Shown in pieces: positions 14,401 to 26,640 of a stretch of DNA of 64,000 bases. Below the pieces are notes generated by a model, which was not told the DNA's origin, did no database searches, and saw nothing but the letters and a program-made list of their open reading frames with translations. A program made the translations under genes and the position numbers. Position 1 is the stretch's first letter. Each line of letters begins with the position of its first letter. The stretch comes from Phyllobates terribilis (taxonomy: Eukaryota): assembly GCF_046119375.1 (NCBI RefSeq), contig NW_027362768.1:158658001-158722000 (forward strand). Direction: 5' to 3'.

Positions 14401-15140
14401 CGCACAGAGCGGCATATAACACTGTATACAGGCACGCACAGAGCGGCATATAACACTGTATACAGGCACGCACAGAGCGGCATATAACACTGTATACAGG
14501 CACGCACAGAGCGGCATATAACACTGTATACAGGCACGCACAGAGCGGCATATAACACTGTATACAGGCACGCACAGAGCGGCATATAACACTGTATACA
14601 GGCACGCACAGAGCGGCATATAACACTGTATACAGGCACGCACAGAGCGGCATATAACACTGTATACAGGCACGCACAGAGCGGCATATAACACTGTATA
14701 CAGGCACGCACAGAGCGGCATATAACACTGTATACAGGCACGCACAGAGCGGTATATAACACTGTATACAGGCACACACAGAGCGGTATATAACACTGTA
14801 TACAGGCACACACAGAGCGGTATATAACACTGTATACAGGCACACACAGAGCGGTATATAACACTGTATACAGGCACACACAGAGCGGTATATAACACTG
14901 TATACAGGCACACACAGAGCGGTATATAACACTGTATACAGGCACACACAGAGCGGTATATAACACTGTATACAGGCACACACAGAGCGGTATATAACAC
15001 TGTATACAGGCACACACAGAGCGGTATATAACACTGTATACAGGCACACACAGAGCGGTAGATAACACTGTATACAGGCACACACAGAGCGGCATATAAC
15101 ACTGTATACAGGCACACACAGAGCGGTATATAACACTGAA
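11445..15140. repeat. 34-bp minisatellite, about 108 copies (3.7 kb), in TESK2 intron 1
   Basis: Unit CAGAGCGGCATATAACACTGTATACAGGCACGCA; the 34-aa periodicity of the three minus-strand ORFs equals 3 x 34 nt; the core ~12450-14740 is homogeneous. Confidence 0.97.
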
Positions 15141-15165
15141 TATAGTGTGTGTGTGTGTGTGTGTG

Positions 15166-16793
15166 CAGTACAGACCAAAAGTTTGGACACACCTACTCAT
15201 TTAAAGATTTTTCTGTATTTTCATGACTTTGAAAATTGTACATTCACACTGAAGGCATCAAAACTATGAATTAACACATGTGGAATTATATACTTAACAA
15301 AAAAGTGTGAAACAACTGAAAATATGTCTTATATTCTAGGTTCTTCAAAGTAGCCACCTTTTGCTTTGATGACTGCTTTGCACACTCTTGGCATTCTCTT
15401 GATGAGCTTCAAGAGGTAGTCACCGGAGATGCTCTTCCAACAATCTTGAAGGAGTTCCCAGAGATGCTTAGCACTTGTTGGCCCTTTTGCCTTCACTCTG
15501 CGGTCCAGCTCACCCCAAACCATCTCGATTGGGTTCAGGTCTGGTGACTGTGGAGGCCAGGTCATCTAGGTAAGCACCCCATCACTCTCCTTGGTCAAAT
15601 AGCCCTTACACAGCCTGGAGGTGTGTTTGGGGTCATTGTCCTGTTGAAAAATAAATGATGGTCCAACTAAACGCAAACCGGATGGAATAGCATGCCGCTG
15701 CAAGATGCTGTGGTAGCCATGCTGGTTTAGTACGCCTTCAATTTTGAATAAATCCCCAACAGTGTCACCAGCAAAGCACCCCCACACCATCACACCTCCT
15801 CCTCCTCCTCCTCCATGCTTCACGGTGGGAACCAGGCATGTAGAGTCCATCCGTTCACCTTTTCTGCGTCGCACAAAGACATGGTGGTTGGAACCGAAGA
15901 TCTCAAATTTGGACTCATCAGACCAAAGCACAGGTTTCCACTGGTCTAATGTCCATTCCTTGTGTTCTTTAGCCCAAACAAGTCTCTTTTGCTTGTTGCC
16001 TGTCCTTAGCAGTGGTTTCCTAGCAGCTATTTTACCATGAAGGCCTGCTGCACAAAGTCTCCTCTTAACGGTTGTTGAAGAGATGTGTCTGCTGCTAGAA
16101 CTCTGTGTGGCAATGACCTGGTCTCTAATTTGAGCTGCTGTTAACCTGCGATTTCTGAGGCTGGTGACTCGGATAAACTTATCCTCAGAAGCAGAGGTGA
16201 CTCTTGGTCTTCCTTTCCTGGGGCGGTCCTTGTGAGCCAGTTTCTTTGTAGCGCTTGATGGTTTTCGCAACTGCACTTGGGGACACTTTCAAAGTTTTCC
16301 CAATTTTTTGCACTGACTGACCTTCATTTCTTAAAGTAATGATGGCCACTCGTTTTTCTTTACTTTGCTTTTTTCTTGCCATAATACAAATTCTAACAGT
16401 CTATTCAGTAGGACTATCAGCTGTGTATCCACCTGACTTCTGCACAACACAACTGATGGTCCCAACCCCATTTATAAGGCAAGAAATCCCACTTATTAAA
16501 CCTGACAGGGCACACCTGTGAAGTGAAAACCATTTCCGGTGACTACCTCTTGAAGCTCATCAAGAGAATGCCAAGAGTGTGCAAAGCAGTCATCAAAGCA
16601 AAAGGTGGCTACTTTGAAGAACCTACAATATAAGACATATTTTCAGTTGTTTCACACTTTTTTGTTAAGTATATAATTCCACATGTGTTAATTCATAGTT
16701 TTGATGCCTTCAGTGTAAATGTACAGTTTTCATAGTCATGAAAATACAGAAAAATCTTTAAATGAGGTGTGTCCAAACTTTTGGTCTGTACTG
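15166..16793 (-). mobile_element. Tc1/mariner element, copy 1 of the DD38E (Intruder-type) family; defective transposase
   Basis: ~260-bp TIRs beginning CAGTACAGACCAAAAGTTTGGACAC; TA on the right flank, TG on the left. Transposase on - (16382 to 15329) is broken by a frameshift near GSHEDRP and a stop in VLT*MTW. Confidence 0.92.
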
Positions 16794-16794
16794 T

Positions 16795-17610
16795 ATATAG
16801 TGTGTGTGTGTCAGTCAGTATACAGTGTGTCACTGTATATAGTGTGTGTGTCAGTGTATATAGTGTGTGTATATAGTGTGTGTCACTGTATATAGTGTGT
16901 GTGTCAGTATACAGTGTGTATATGTATCACTGTATATAGTGTGTGTCAGTGTATATAGTGTGTGTATATAGTGTGTGTCACTGTATATAGTGTGTATATA
17001 GTGTGTGTCACTGTATATAGTGTGTGTCACTGTATATAGTGTTTGTCACTGTATATAGTGTGTGCGTCAGTATATAGTGTGTGCGTCAGTGTATATAGCG
17101 CGTGCGTCAGTGTATATAGCGCGTGCGTCAGTGTATATAGCGCGTGCGTCAGTGTATATAGCGCGTGCGTCAGTGTATATAGCGCGTGCGTCAGTGTATA
17201 TAGCGCGTGCGTCAGTGTATATAGCGCGTGCGTCAGTGTATATAGCGCGTGCGTCAGTGTATATAGCGCGTGTGTCAGTGTATATAGCGCGTGTGTCAGT
17301 GTATATAGTGTGTGTATATATAGCGCGTGTCAGGGTATATAGCGCGTGTCAGGGTATATAGCGCGCGTCAGGGTATATAGCGCGTGTATATATAGCGCGT
17401 GTCAGTGTATATAGCGCGCGTCAGTGTATATAGCGCGCGTCAGTGTATATAGCGCGCGTCAGTGTATATAGTGTGTGTATATATAGCGCGTGTCAGTGTA
17501 TATAGCGCGTGTCAGTGTATATAGCGCGTGTCAGTGTATATAGCGCGTGTCAGTGTGTGTCACTGTTGTCAGTATATATTGTGTGTGTGTCACTGTATAT
17601 AGTGTGTGTG
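16795..17610. repeat. TG/TATA-rich degenerate repeat with a 21-bp CpG-rich core
   Basis: Core unit CAGTGTATATAGCGCGTGCGT (7-aa VSVYSAC period), 17060-17300; flanks are CACTGTATATAGTGTGTG variants. Confidence 0.9.
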
Positions 17611-17639
17611 TCGTTGTACATCAGGCTGTGGCCCCTCTG

Positions 17640-18210
17640 AGCTGTATGTTGCAGCAACACTAGGGGTCGCTAGTGAGCGGGATGGGTCGGATACGTCCGC
17701 GGCCGTAGAGGGCGGTACGTCACGCTGCACTCACCGTACGCGGTTTCCCGTACCGCCCGCCGCCCTCAGCGTTCTTCTCCGGCCTCCATGTCCGCCAATG
17801 TCGATCTCTCAGCGGAGACTCCGCCGCGACCCAGCGCAGCTTCAACAGGGGGCGGAACCCTACAGTGTACCCCGCCCACCTCTCGTACACTAGCCAATCT
17901 ACGTTCGCGAAAGCGTGACTGACATGTTACACTCTCGTCCAATCACTAATCGCAATTTTCGCATAGCCCGACTCCCACACAGAAGTCGTTTTTCTATTGG
18001 CTGCCTATTTACTGAGTGGCAGTCGCTTTGTCGAATAGAAAGCATATACTGTTGGGGCGGGCCTGATAATTGTCAGCCAATAGGAGGCGGGAGGGCGCAT
18101 GTCGCAGCTCAAAGTTGGTAAATAGTTTTGTGGACAGGATGTTTCTCTCCTGGGATTGGTCAGTAACTCTCAGAGGGAGGAGCCTAGGAGGAAGTAATGT
18201 GCCAATAGTT
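17640..18210 (-). promoter_or_regulatory. CpG-island promoter of TESK2 with several CCAAT boxes and GC boxes
   Basis: CCAAT/ATTGG at about 17894, 17939, 17996, 18077, 18156 and 18202; GGGGCGGG near 18054; high CpG density relative to the flanks. Confidence 0.7.
17735..17890 (-). other. TESK2: Probable non-coding exon 1 of TESK2
   Basis: GC/CpG-rich segment ending in a minus-strand donor ACG|GTGAGTG at 17735/17734, directly downstream of a CCAAT-rich promoter; the 5' end is approximate. Confidence 0.6.
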
Positions 18211-19020
18211 ATACTTTATAAATGATTGACAGATTATTTGACGAATTAAAAGTGAGCAGTGGTAAAGTAGTGGTGGTGGTGACAGTCCTGCTGATGCTGA
18301 GTGCCCTCAGTGCGGCACAGACCCTTTGCTGGTTCTTTACGGTACAGGCAGTGGTGGATTTTATCATTACAGCTTTCTGGTCTGTTTTTCCTTTTTTTGC
18401 AGGTGATCAGGACTTCCGCTGATTCTTTTATCTCTTGGGGCTCACAGAGGAGGAATATTATATTTTATTATTTTGGACCGTCACTGGTGCGCTGACGGCA
18501 AATATGTTATTTTAACATTTTTAGATTTTATTTTCGCTCCTAGGAATACAGCGGACGAGTGACGTGAAGTTTGCTTTATTTTACCTTATAAAACATTTTT
18601 ATTTATTTTAATTAATTTTTTTTTTTTACATTTTATTTTCTTGCTCTTCCAACAGGAGCGGTGATCGCCTGCGCACAATGCCCTGTAGTCCTGCAATATT
18701 CCGCTGTATTGTAAACTTACTGCTCTGCTGTGGAGACTCAGAAGGTGTACAAAGATGGCGGACACGGGGGGCCGCCAGCTGCCAGGATAACGTGTCTGCC
18801 CCCTCTATCAGTACAGGACTTGATGGGTGACAGAAGGGAAACCTTTCCCAAATTTTTATATGCCGCTGTGATGAGCTCCGATTGCACATGTTATACCTGA
18901 GCGCCGGCTGTACACAGCGCACACATTACATACATGTACTCGGGATGGCACCAACTGATACCTGGGCAGAACTGATCCTCCTGGAGCTGTTGTCCCCAGC
19001 ACTTACCCTGATCTCAGAGA

Positions 19021-19784
19021 CAGTATCACACATGGTAGGATTAGATACACATCTCAGCAGACTATCATACATGATAGGATTAGATACACATCTCAGCAGA
19101 CAGTATCACACAGGATAGGATTAGATACACAGCTCAGCAGACAGTATCACACAGGATAGGATTAGATGCACAGCTCAGCAGACAGTATTATACAGGATAG
19201 GATTAGATACACGGCTCAGCAGACAGTATCACACAGGATAGGATTAGATACACAGCTCAGCAGACAGTATCACACAGGATAGGATTAGATACACAGCTCA
19301 GCAGACAATATCACACAGGATAGGATTAGATACACATCTCAGCAGACAGTATCACACAGGATAGGATTAGATTCATGGCTCAGCAGACAGTATTATACAT
19401 GATAGGATTAGATACACAGCTCAGCAGACAGTATCACACAGGATAGGATTAGATACACAGCTCAGCAGACAATATCACACAGGATAGGATTAGATACACA
19501 TCTCAGCAGACAGTATCACACAGGATAGGATTAGATACACAGCTCAGCAGACAGTATCACACATGATAGGATTAGATACACAGCTCAGCAGACAGTATTA
19601 TACAGGATAGGATTAGATACACAGCTCAGCAGACAGTATCACACAGAATAGGATTAGATACACATCTCAGAAGACAGTATCACACATGGTAGGATTAGAT
19701 ACACAGCTCAGCAGACAGTACCACACATGGTAGGATTAGATACACAGCTCAGCAGACAGTATCACACATGGTAGGATTAGATAC
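19021..19784 (+). repeat. 41-bp minisatellite (about 18.5 copies)
   Basis: Unit CAGTATCACACAGGATAGGATTAGATACACAGCTCAGCAGA. Confidence 0.95.
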
Positions 19785-20081
19785 TTTACTTTCCCGGTCT
19801 TTCTCCCTATACCTGAGCTGTATTGTGATTTTCCTTGTAGCTTCATTATTCCTGGTGGACGGTGGTTATTTTATAATCATTTGCTGTCCTCTGGTGGACA
19901 TTACTGGTATTACTTGCTTTGCTAGCAGGTCACTGACATTTGTGTCCTCTGTATCTCTTCCATTGAACTGATGATTAACCTGATGTTATTCATTAATGTT
20001 ATTAGGTGTTTTTTCCATGATATAACTGGCAGATCATTCTCTGTTGTAAACAGAATTTATTTCCAGTGACTTTGCTAATTA

Positions 20082-20275
20082 GGCCATGTTCACACGTTCA
20101 GTATTTGGTCAGTTTTTTACATCAGTATTTGTAAGCCAAAACCAGGAGTGGGTGATAAATGCAGACGTGGTGACGTGTTTCTATTATACTTTTCCTCTAA
20201 TTGTTCCACTCCTGGTTTTGGTTTACAAATACCGATGTAAAATACTGACCAAATACTGAACATGTGAACGTGGCC
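20082..20275. mobile_element. Harbinger-like MITE, ~190-bp family (other copies at 25012 and 54386)
   Basis: TTA|GGCCATGTTCACACG ... TGTGAACGTGGCC|TAA; shares the core CCAAAACCAGGAGTGGGTGATAAATGCAGA with the other copies. Confidence 0.8.
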
Positions 20276-20479
20276 TAAAAGTGATTACATTCTAGCATGT
20301 GAGCTACATCCTGACGAGATGCCTGTAGCCAGCAGTTGCCACAATGTCCACAGTGTCACCAGAGCTCACATCGTACTCTACTGGTTTAAATGGAAGCTGC
20401 CATCACGTTTTTAAGGAGGAAGGTGTGGTACGGCTGTCCCCCTACAATGCCCCCTTCACACATCAGTGTCCGGTACGTG

Positions 20480-23400
20480 TGGTGACAGTTTCCACACGTA
20501 CTGGAGACACTTACACACATAGACCCACTCACATCTATGGGTCTGCGCACATGTCAGTGTGTTTACATGGACCGTGTGCCCCACACGTAGACATATCCAT
20601 TTTTACGGATTTTTATGTAAGTTCACGGCGGACCCATGTGGATTAATTTTATTTTTATTGTAATAAATGGGTAAATGATGGTAATTGTCGGGCAGTGATT
20701 TTTACAATTAAAGGACTTTTTTTCTGTGTGTTTATTACTTTTGACTATGGGGTTAACAATGGGGGTGTCTGATAGACTCCTCACCATTACTAACCCCTGG
20801 GCTTCATGTCCGTGGACATTACACAGCTGACATCAACCCCACAATCCCATTACCCCGATTGCCAACGCACCAGGGTAATTGGGAAGAGCCAAGGCTAAAC
20901 ACCAGAATTGGCGCGTCTAATGGATACACCATTTCTGGGCTGGCTGAGCGCTGGTGTTATTAGTCTGGGAGGGGGCCAATATCCATGGCCCCTTCCCAGC
21001 CTATTAATATCAGCCCACAGCTGTCTGCTTAGCCTTTGCTGGTTATTAAAAATAGGGTCGACTCCACGTAATTTTTTTGGGTCCAACATTTTTAATAACC
21101 AGTTAAGGCTATGCAGACAGCTGTGGGCTGATATTAATGGTCTGGTAAGCTCCATGGATATTGTCCACTTCCCAGAATAATAACACCTGCCCCCAGCTGT
21201 CTGCTTTTCCTCAGCAAGTACACATGCAAAGCGCTGATTATATATCACACTGACATATTTCTATAACCAATCATCGATCTATCTCTATCTTTGCACATCT
21301 AACACCTGAACATCTGTCATTTGTATTCTTCATTCTATTCCAGTACTAAGACTGAGATCTCAGGGGTAAGGTTTCTCCTTGTGGAGAGTGACATGCCAGG
21401 TCTGGCACGCCTTAGCCTCTCACCCAGCCAAATCAGATCTCATACTTTGCACTGATGAGAAGCAATACCCCGAAACACCGTGTCTGAAAATTGAGGTTCT
21501 GATTTGGCTTTTATCCTAAGTCATATTTCAGGCTCGCTAAAGGGTCGATAATGACTTTTAGGGTTGCTACTTCCAATAGGTGGCGCTCTAGAATTCAAGT
21601 CCTCTTCCTCTCTGAAGAGACAGTTTGCATATTTAATTCCCCAGAGGAGCATGCAAGGCGTTTAAGGCTATGTGCACACTGTGCATTTTTGGTGCATTTT
21701 TGCAGCATTTATTCCACTCGAAAATGGGCCAAAAACGCTAGGTAATCCGTCTGCCAGCTAATGCAATGACAATCCTGAAGTGCTGTGCACATGATCAGGT
21801 ATTTTCCTGTCAGGATTGTCATTGCGTTTAAATCTGCAGCATGTCAATTCTTTGTGCCTTTCTGAAGCGTTTTTCAGCCATTGACTTGAATTGAGTCAGT
21901 AAAATCCGCAGCAAAAACGCAGGTATAAAAATATTTGTGGATTTGCTGCAGATGTTTGCTGCGTATTTGACTGACTCAATTCAAGTCAATAAGTCAAAAT
22001 CGCTGCAAAAAAACTCACAAAGAATTGCCAGCGGGAGACTACTCCTCCCATCATCCTACTGCTGCTCCAGCTGATAATCGCAGGAGCAGTGGCCACTGAG
22101 GGGTGAAGTAGTCTCCTCCAGCCGGCGTCTGTGCGCAGTGTAAAAAATAAAAAAGTTAAAATAAATCGATGTTAAAATAATAAACACTTTATACTCACCT
22201 ACCGCCATCATCACGAGTGTCCCACGGCGATCAGATCACTCGGCAGCACTCTATACAGGAGTGTAATCTCTCCTGGCAGTGTATAGCGCTGAGGTGCCGG
22301 GACTGAGGCCACTGGAGTTCATTCAGCTGAAGATCAGCTGAAAGCTCCAGTGACCTCACTTACGGCATTTTCTCACGCAACACTGATGCAGTAAGTGAGG
22401 GCACCAAAGCTCTCAGCTGATCTTCATCAGTCCCGGCACCTCAGCGCTATACACTGACAGGAGTGATTACACTCCTGTCAGTGTATACAGTGATGTCTTC
22501 TACAACAGTCACAGCAGTGATTGCTGATGTGACTGCTGTAGAAGTGACCAGATCGTCGTGGGACACTGGAATTACATCATAACGGCAGACAGATGAGGGA
22601 TATGGTTGTTTTTTATTTTTGGTTTCTTACAGGTGACAATGGCTTCAGCGGAATGGGTCTTAGGTGAGTATATGGTGTTTTTTATATTTAAATAAATTAT
22701 TAAAACCGTGTGGAATTTTATTTAAAATTAAAGACTTTATTTTGCTAGGGGGAAGAGCGGAGGCTAAGTGCCAGATATGGCGCATCTTATGGTAGCGCCA
22801 GTTCTGGGACTGCTGAGAGCTGATATTATTAGCCTTAGAAGGGGCCAGGATACATGGCCCCTTCCCTGGCTATTAATATCAGCTCACAGCTGTCTGTTTA
22901 GCCTTCGCTGGTTAGATTTTATAGGGAGACCCTACGTCAATTTTTGTCCCCCTGTAATCTAGCCAGTAAAGGCTAAGCAAACAGCTATGAGCTGTTATTA
23001 ATAGCCTGGGAACATTTTTGGCTAATGGCCCCTTCCCCAGCTAGCAATGTCAGCCCTCAGTAGTTGGCTTTCCCTCTGTTGGTTATGAAAATGATCTGGA
23101 AGCCCACGCCTTTTTTTAAATTTTAGGCTATGTGCCCACTATCCGGACGTAGCAGCGCTTTGGACGCAGCATGTTTTCTCTGCGTCCAAAACTCTGCATT
23201 CTATTGAATGCCGGTAAATCCACGTGTTCACTGAACCATGCAGATTTATCGCATTCAATACATTCTAGTGGTCAAATTTCTGTTGCATAGACTAGCGACT
23301 CCGCAAGTGAATTTGACATGCTGCGGTCCTGAAAGACGCGGTCTGCAGCCTCAGATGCACGCATAGTGAACATGGGATTTCTAGAAATCTTATCCACTAT

Positions 23401-23600
23401 ACTGTAACATCTGGCCGCTGCGGGTTTGACGCTGTATAAATAAGCAGAATCAAACCCGCAGCATTTCCTCATCATGGGCACATACCCAAACTCACTAGCA
23501 GCATGTCAATCTTTATAAATGTTCTTTATTTTTTTTTAAATAAATCGATATTAAAATAAAAACTTTTTTTTTTTTTTTGCACGTTTCTGAAAAGAGCCAT
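20480..23600. mobile_element. Composite region of non-autonomous DNA-transposon sequence with a duplicated internal block and nested MITEs
   Basis: Block ~20900-21200 is repeated with divergence at ~22765-23110; MITE-type ends GGCTATGTGCACAC at 21666 and GGCTATGTGCCCA...TGGGCACATACCC at 23126-23487; outer termini not resolved. Confidence 0.5.
21426..21509 (+). ncRNA. Type I hammerhead ribozyme motif (minimal, dimer-type stem III), probably partly degenerate
   Basis: CTGATGA at 21452-58, stem II GAAG-CAATA-CCCC, GAAA at 21472-75, stem III ACAC-C-GTGT, GTC cleavage triplet at 21482-84; extended stem I AGCCAAATCAGATCTCATACTTTGCA pairs with TGAAAATTGAGGTTCTGATTTGGCT. Confidence 0.75.
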
Positions 23601-23967
23601 GATGTAGGGATAGAGATCCTGATTCCAGTAATGTATCACTTAGTTTAGTGGGTGCAGCAGTTGTGATAGAATCACAGTTTACTCTGCTGCAGATTTAGCA
23701 GAACTGAGAATGATGAGCTCTGTATAACTGATAGGCAGCTTTCTGTGTACACGGTGTATTGATAGAAAGCTGCTAATCAGTGGTGGGGGTGTAGTTGGAC
23801 CAGGAGGCACGAGATACCTAGTCCTGTAGTGATCATCGCCTTCTGATAAAACACTGATTGAATTGAAACAGCAACAAAGTGTAGTAAGTGACACATCGAT
23901 CAGGGTCTCTGCCCCTACATTATAGTGCTCTCAGATTACATAGCAAAAACCTGCTGGGAGATTCCCT
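23590..23967. mobile_element. T2/Kolobok-type MITE (family also at ~28735-29104 and 29523-29908)
   Basis: Right end GCAAAAACCTGCTGGGAGATTCCCT|TTAA; internal sequence matches the two downstream copies (GTAAGTGACACATCG...CAGGGTCTCTGCCCCTACATTAT). Confidence 0.65.
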
Positions 23968-25011
23968 TTAAATGATTATACAGTATAATGACATTTTTAG
24001 ACAGAAATTTAATTTTTTTTTTATTTTTGTCAAGATCTTTACTTCCTGTGAGTGAAAAGTAACTTAATTATTTAGGAAACTGAATACCTACTCTGACCTA
24101 GATGGTTTCTTAAGCAATGGTGATCAGCTGTTATCATTGCTGGTAGTTAATTTCAGCCGCTGCGCCTCTGGCTGATTATTGCCACTGAACCTAGTGATCT
24201 TCTTCACCAAAGTCATGTCAATATATCATTATTTTTATTGCTGTCGTATAATTATAGGATTTTTCTGTATTATGTAACCAGCGTTGGATGTTTGGAGATT
24301 TCAGGTGAAGGCAATAGCACTGACCAGCAGGTGGCAGCATAAGACAAGCGCTGCAGATGATCGCAGCTGAAGGACCGATTCATTGTTAATTAACGCTCTC
24401 TCCGCTGACATCTATTATGTACGAGACGTGTGGGGTTTATTGTATCGATGGGAACAGATAAATCTCATTACTCAGAAAGAACATTGAAGGAAATATTCTC
24501 CTGACGTTGTGGGCGAAGATGACAGCACCACACGCTGTGCCCTGGGCAGCAAGGTCACCGTGACCTTTACATCAAACTTGTGTCACTGATGAAAACCCTC
24601 AGATCATTTTTTTTTTGTGTATAAAATCAAATTGCAAAATCCGCCCGACTCCAAACTGCTTTATTTCTCACACGCTGGTGTGAATGTTGCTTTAGTCACA
24701 TTATTTGTTAGCCCCATAGTCCGCAATTTCACTTGTGCTTTTTTCTGTCCTTCCGTGTTAACACGGGGAAGTATTCTTTTTTTTTTTTTAATTTTATACT
24801 TCCTTTAATGTACCTGTCTGTGTGGACCCCGAGAAATGGGAATTACTACCTTCCCGCACATGATTGGCTCGTAAAAGCCACTTTTGGGAAGATCCTTTCT
24901 TCTCATCTGGGTGCAATTTTCAGGCACATCTGTGGTGTAGGATGGATCATCAATTCCTCATCCCAGGAGAATACATTTCTAAGCATTATTTCATGTCAGA
25001 ATTTCTTCTAA

Positions 25012-25192
25012 GGCCACGGCCCCACTATCAGTATTTTTTCTCAGGAGTGGGAGCCAAAACCAGGAGTGGGTGATAAATGCAGAATTGGTGACTTGTTTCT
25101 ATTATTCTCTTTGTCTGATTGTTCCTCACCTGGTTTTGGCTCCCACTCCTGAAAAAAAATACTGACCGAATACTGATAGTGGAGCCGTGGTC
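25012..25192. mobile_element. Harbinger-like MITE (same family as 20082; reverse-complement of the 54386 copy)
   Basis: TAA|GGCCACGGCCCACTATCAGTAT ... ATACTGATAGTGGAGCCGTGGTC|TTA. Confidence 0.8.
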
Positions 25193-25568
25193 TTATGAAG
25201 AGCCTACACGCGGATCTAAATCAGACTTATATAATGACCCAGACCAATATCTCTTTGTCAGATGTGAAGTTATGGGGTCTTACAACAGTAGCCACCGAGA
25301 CACAGGGGCGGATATAACGCCAGTGCAGCTGCACCGGGGCCCGGAGGGTCAGGGAGGCCCTTGCCGGGCGGCTAATGTTGAGGGCAATCTGGCCTGCTTC
25401 TCGGAGCACAAAGCTCCGGGGGGGCACATGGCCAGATTGCCCTCTCATGTACGGTGGTCAGGGAACGATCCCTCAGCTCTGCTGCCTCCAGCTCCGCTGC
25501 TGACAGGAGGAAAATGGCAGCAAAGCTGGAGGGATCCGTCCTCTGCTTCCTGCCCGACGCTTCCTCCC

Positions 25569-25988
25569 TGTTAGAACCCTCCTGTTAGTTTTTTTTCTAT
25601 TTTTGTTGGTCACATGACTTTTTGCCTATTTAATCCAGCTCCGCCCTCCTGGCCTTGCTGGACTTCAGTGTTACATTTACTCTTAAGCTAGCCAGGTGCC
25701 TTGTACCTTACTCTGTAGTTTGCTTGGTCTTTGGACCACTAGTACTTTTTGTTTGTTTATCTTTGCTCTGCTACAATTTCTGCTAGGAGGTGTCCAACTA
25801 TATCCCAGTCCTTAGTTCTTGTAGGGACCCCTCCCTTATATCTATAGGTCTACGTTCAGACTAGCCGAGGACTTAGGTGGGTCTGTTCACAAGGAACAGG
25901 TCCCCCGCTGCATCGTAGGGAATCAGCTTAGTCCTATTGTAGGGACAGTTTTCCTATCTTTCCTTAGTGCTTGTAGCAGTTCATAACA
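25569..25988. mobile_element. Solo LTR (420 bp) nested in the hAT element
   Basis: Termini TGTTA...TAACA with a 5-bp TSD CTCCC at 25564-68 and 25989-93. Confidence 0.8.
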
Positions 25989-26149
25989 CTCCCTGACACA
26001 GATGCACGCAGCTTGATGACGTCATCATGCAGCGCGCGCCTGAGTCAGGGAGAAAGTTGCTGGCAAGGAGGATGCTGCAGGGGAAGAGCAGAGAGGTAAG
26101 TTGTTTTTTTTGTTTTTTTACTGAAACGCTGGGAATGGGAACAGGAGAA

Positions 26150-26640
26150 TGAGGGGAGGTGGGGAAGAGCAATGTTGGGGATGGAGAGAGCAATGATGGG
26201 GATGGTGGCGATGGGGAGAGCAATGATGGGGATGGGGAGAGCAGTGATGAGGATGAGGAGAGCAATGATGGGGATGAAGAGAGCAATGATAGGGATGGTG
26301 GCGATGGGGAGAGCAATAATGGGGTTAATGGGGATGGGGAGAGCAATGATGAGCAATGATGGGGCTGGGGAGAGCAATGATGGGGCTGGGGAGAGCAATG
26401 ATGGGGATGGGGAGAGCAATGATGGGGCTGGGGAGAGCAATGATGGGGCTGGGGAGAGCAATGACGGGTTGCTGGGAGAGCAATGACGGAGGTGCTGGGA
26501 GAGAGCTATGATGAGGGTGCTGGGAGAGAGCAATGATGGGGTGCTGGGAGAGAGCAATGACGGGGGTGCTGGGACAGACCAATGATGGAGGTGCTGGGAT
26601 AGAGCAATGATGGAGGTGGTGGGAAAGAGCAATGATGGGG
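26150..26640. repeat. G-rich ~21-bp degenerate minisatellite inside the hAT element
   Basis: Repeated GGGGAGAGCAATGATGGGG(A/C)T. Confidence 0.85.

Noticed and set aside
11303-15200. Three 1250-1295-aa ORFs
   Set aside because: Translations of a 34-bp tandem repeat that lacks stops on the - strand; all three frames give the same cyclic peptide and lie in a TESK2 intron.
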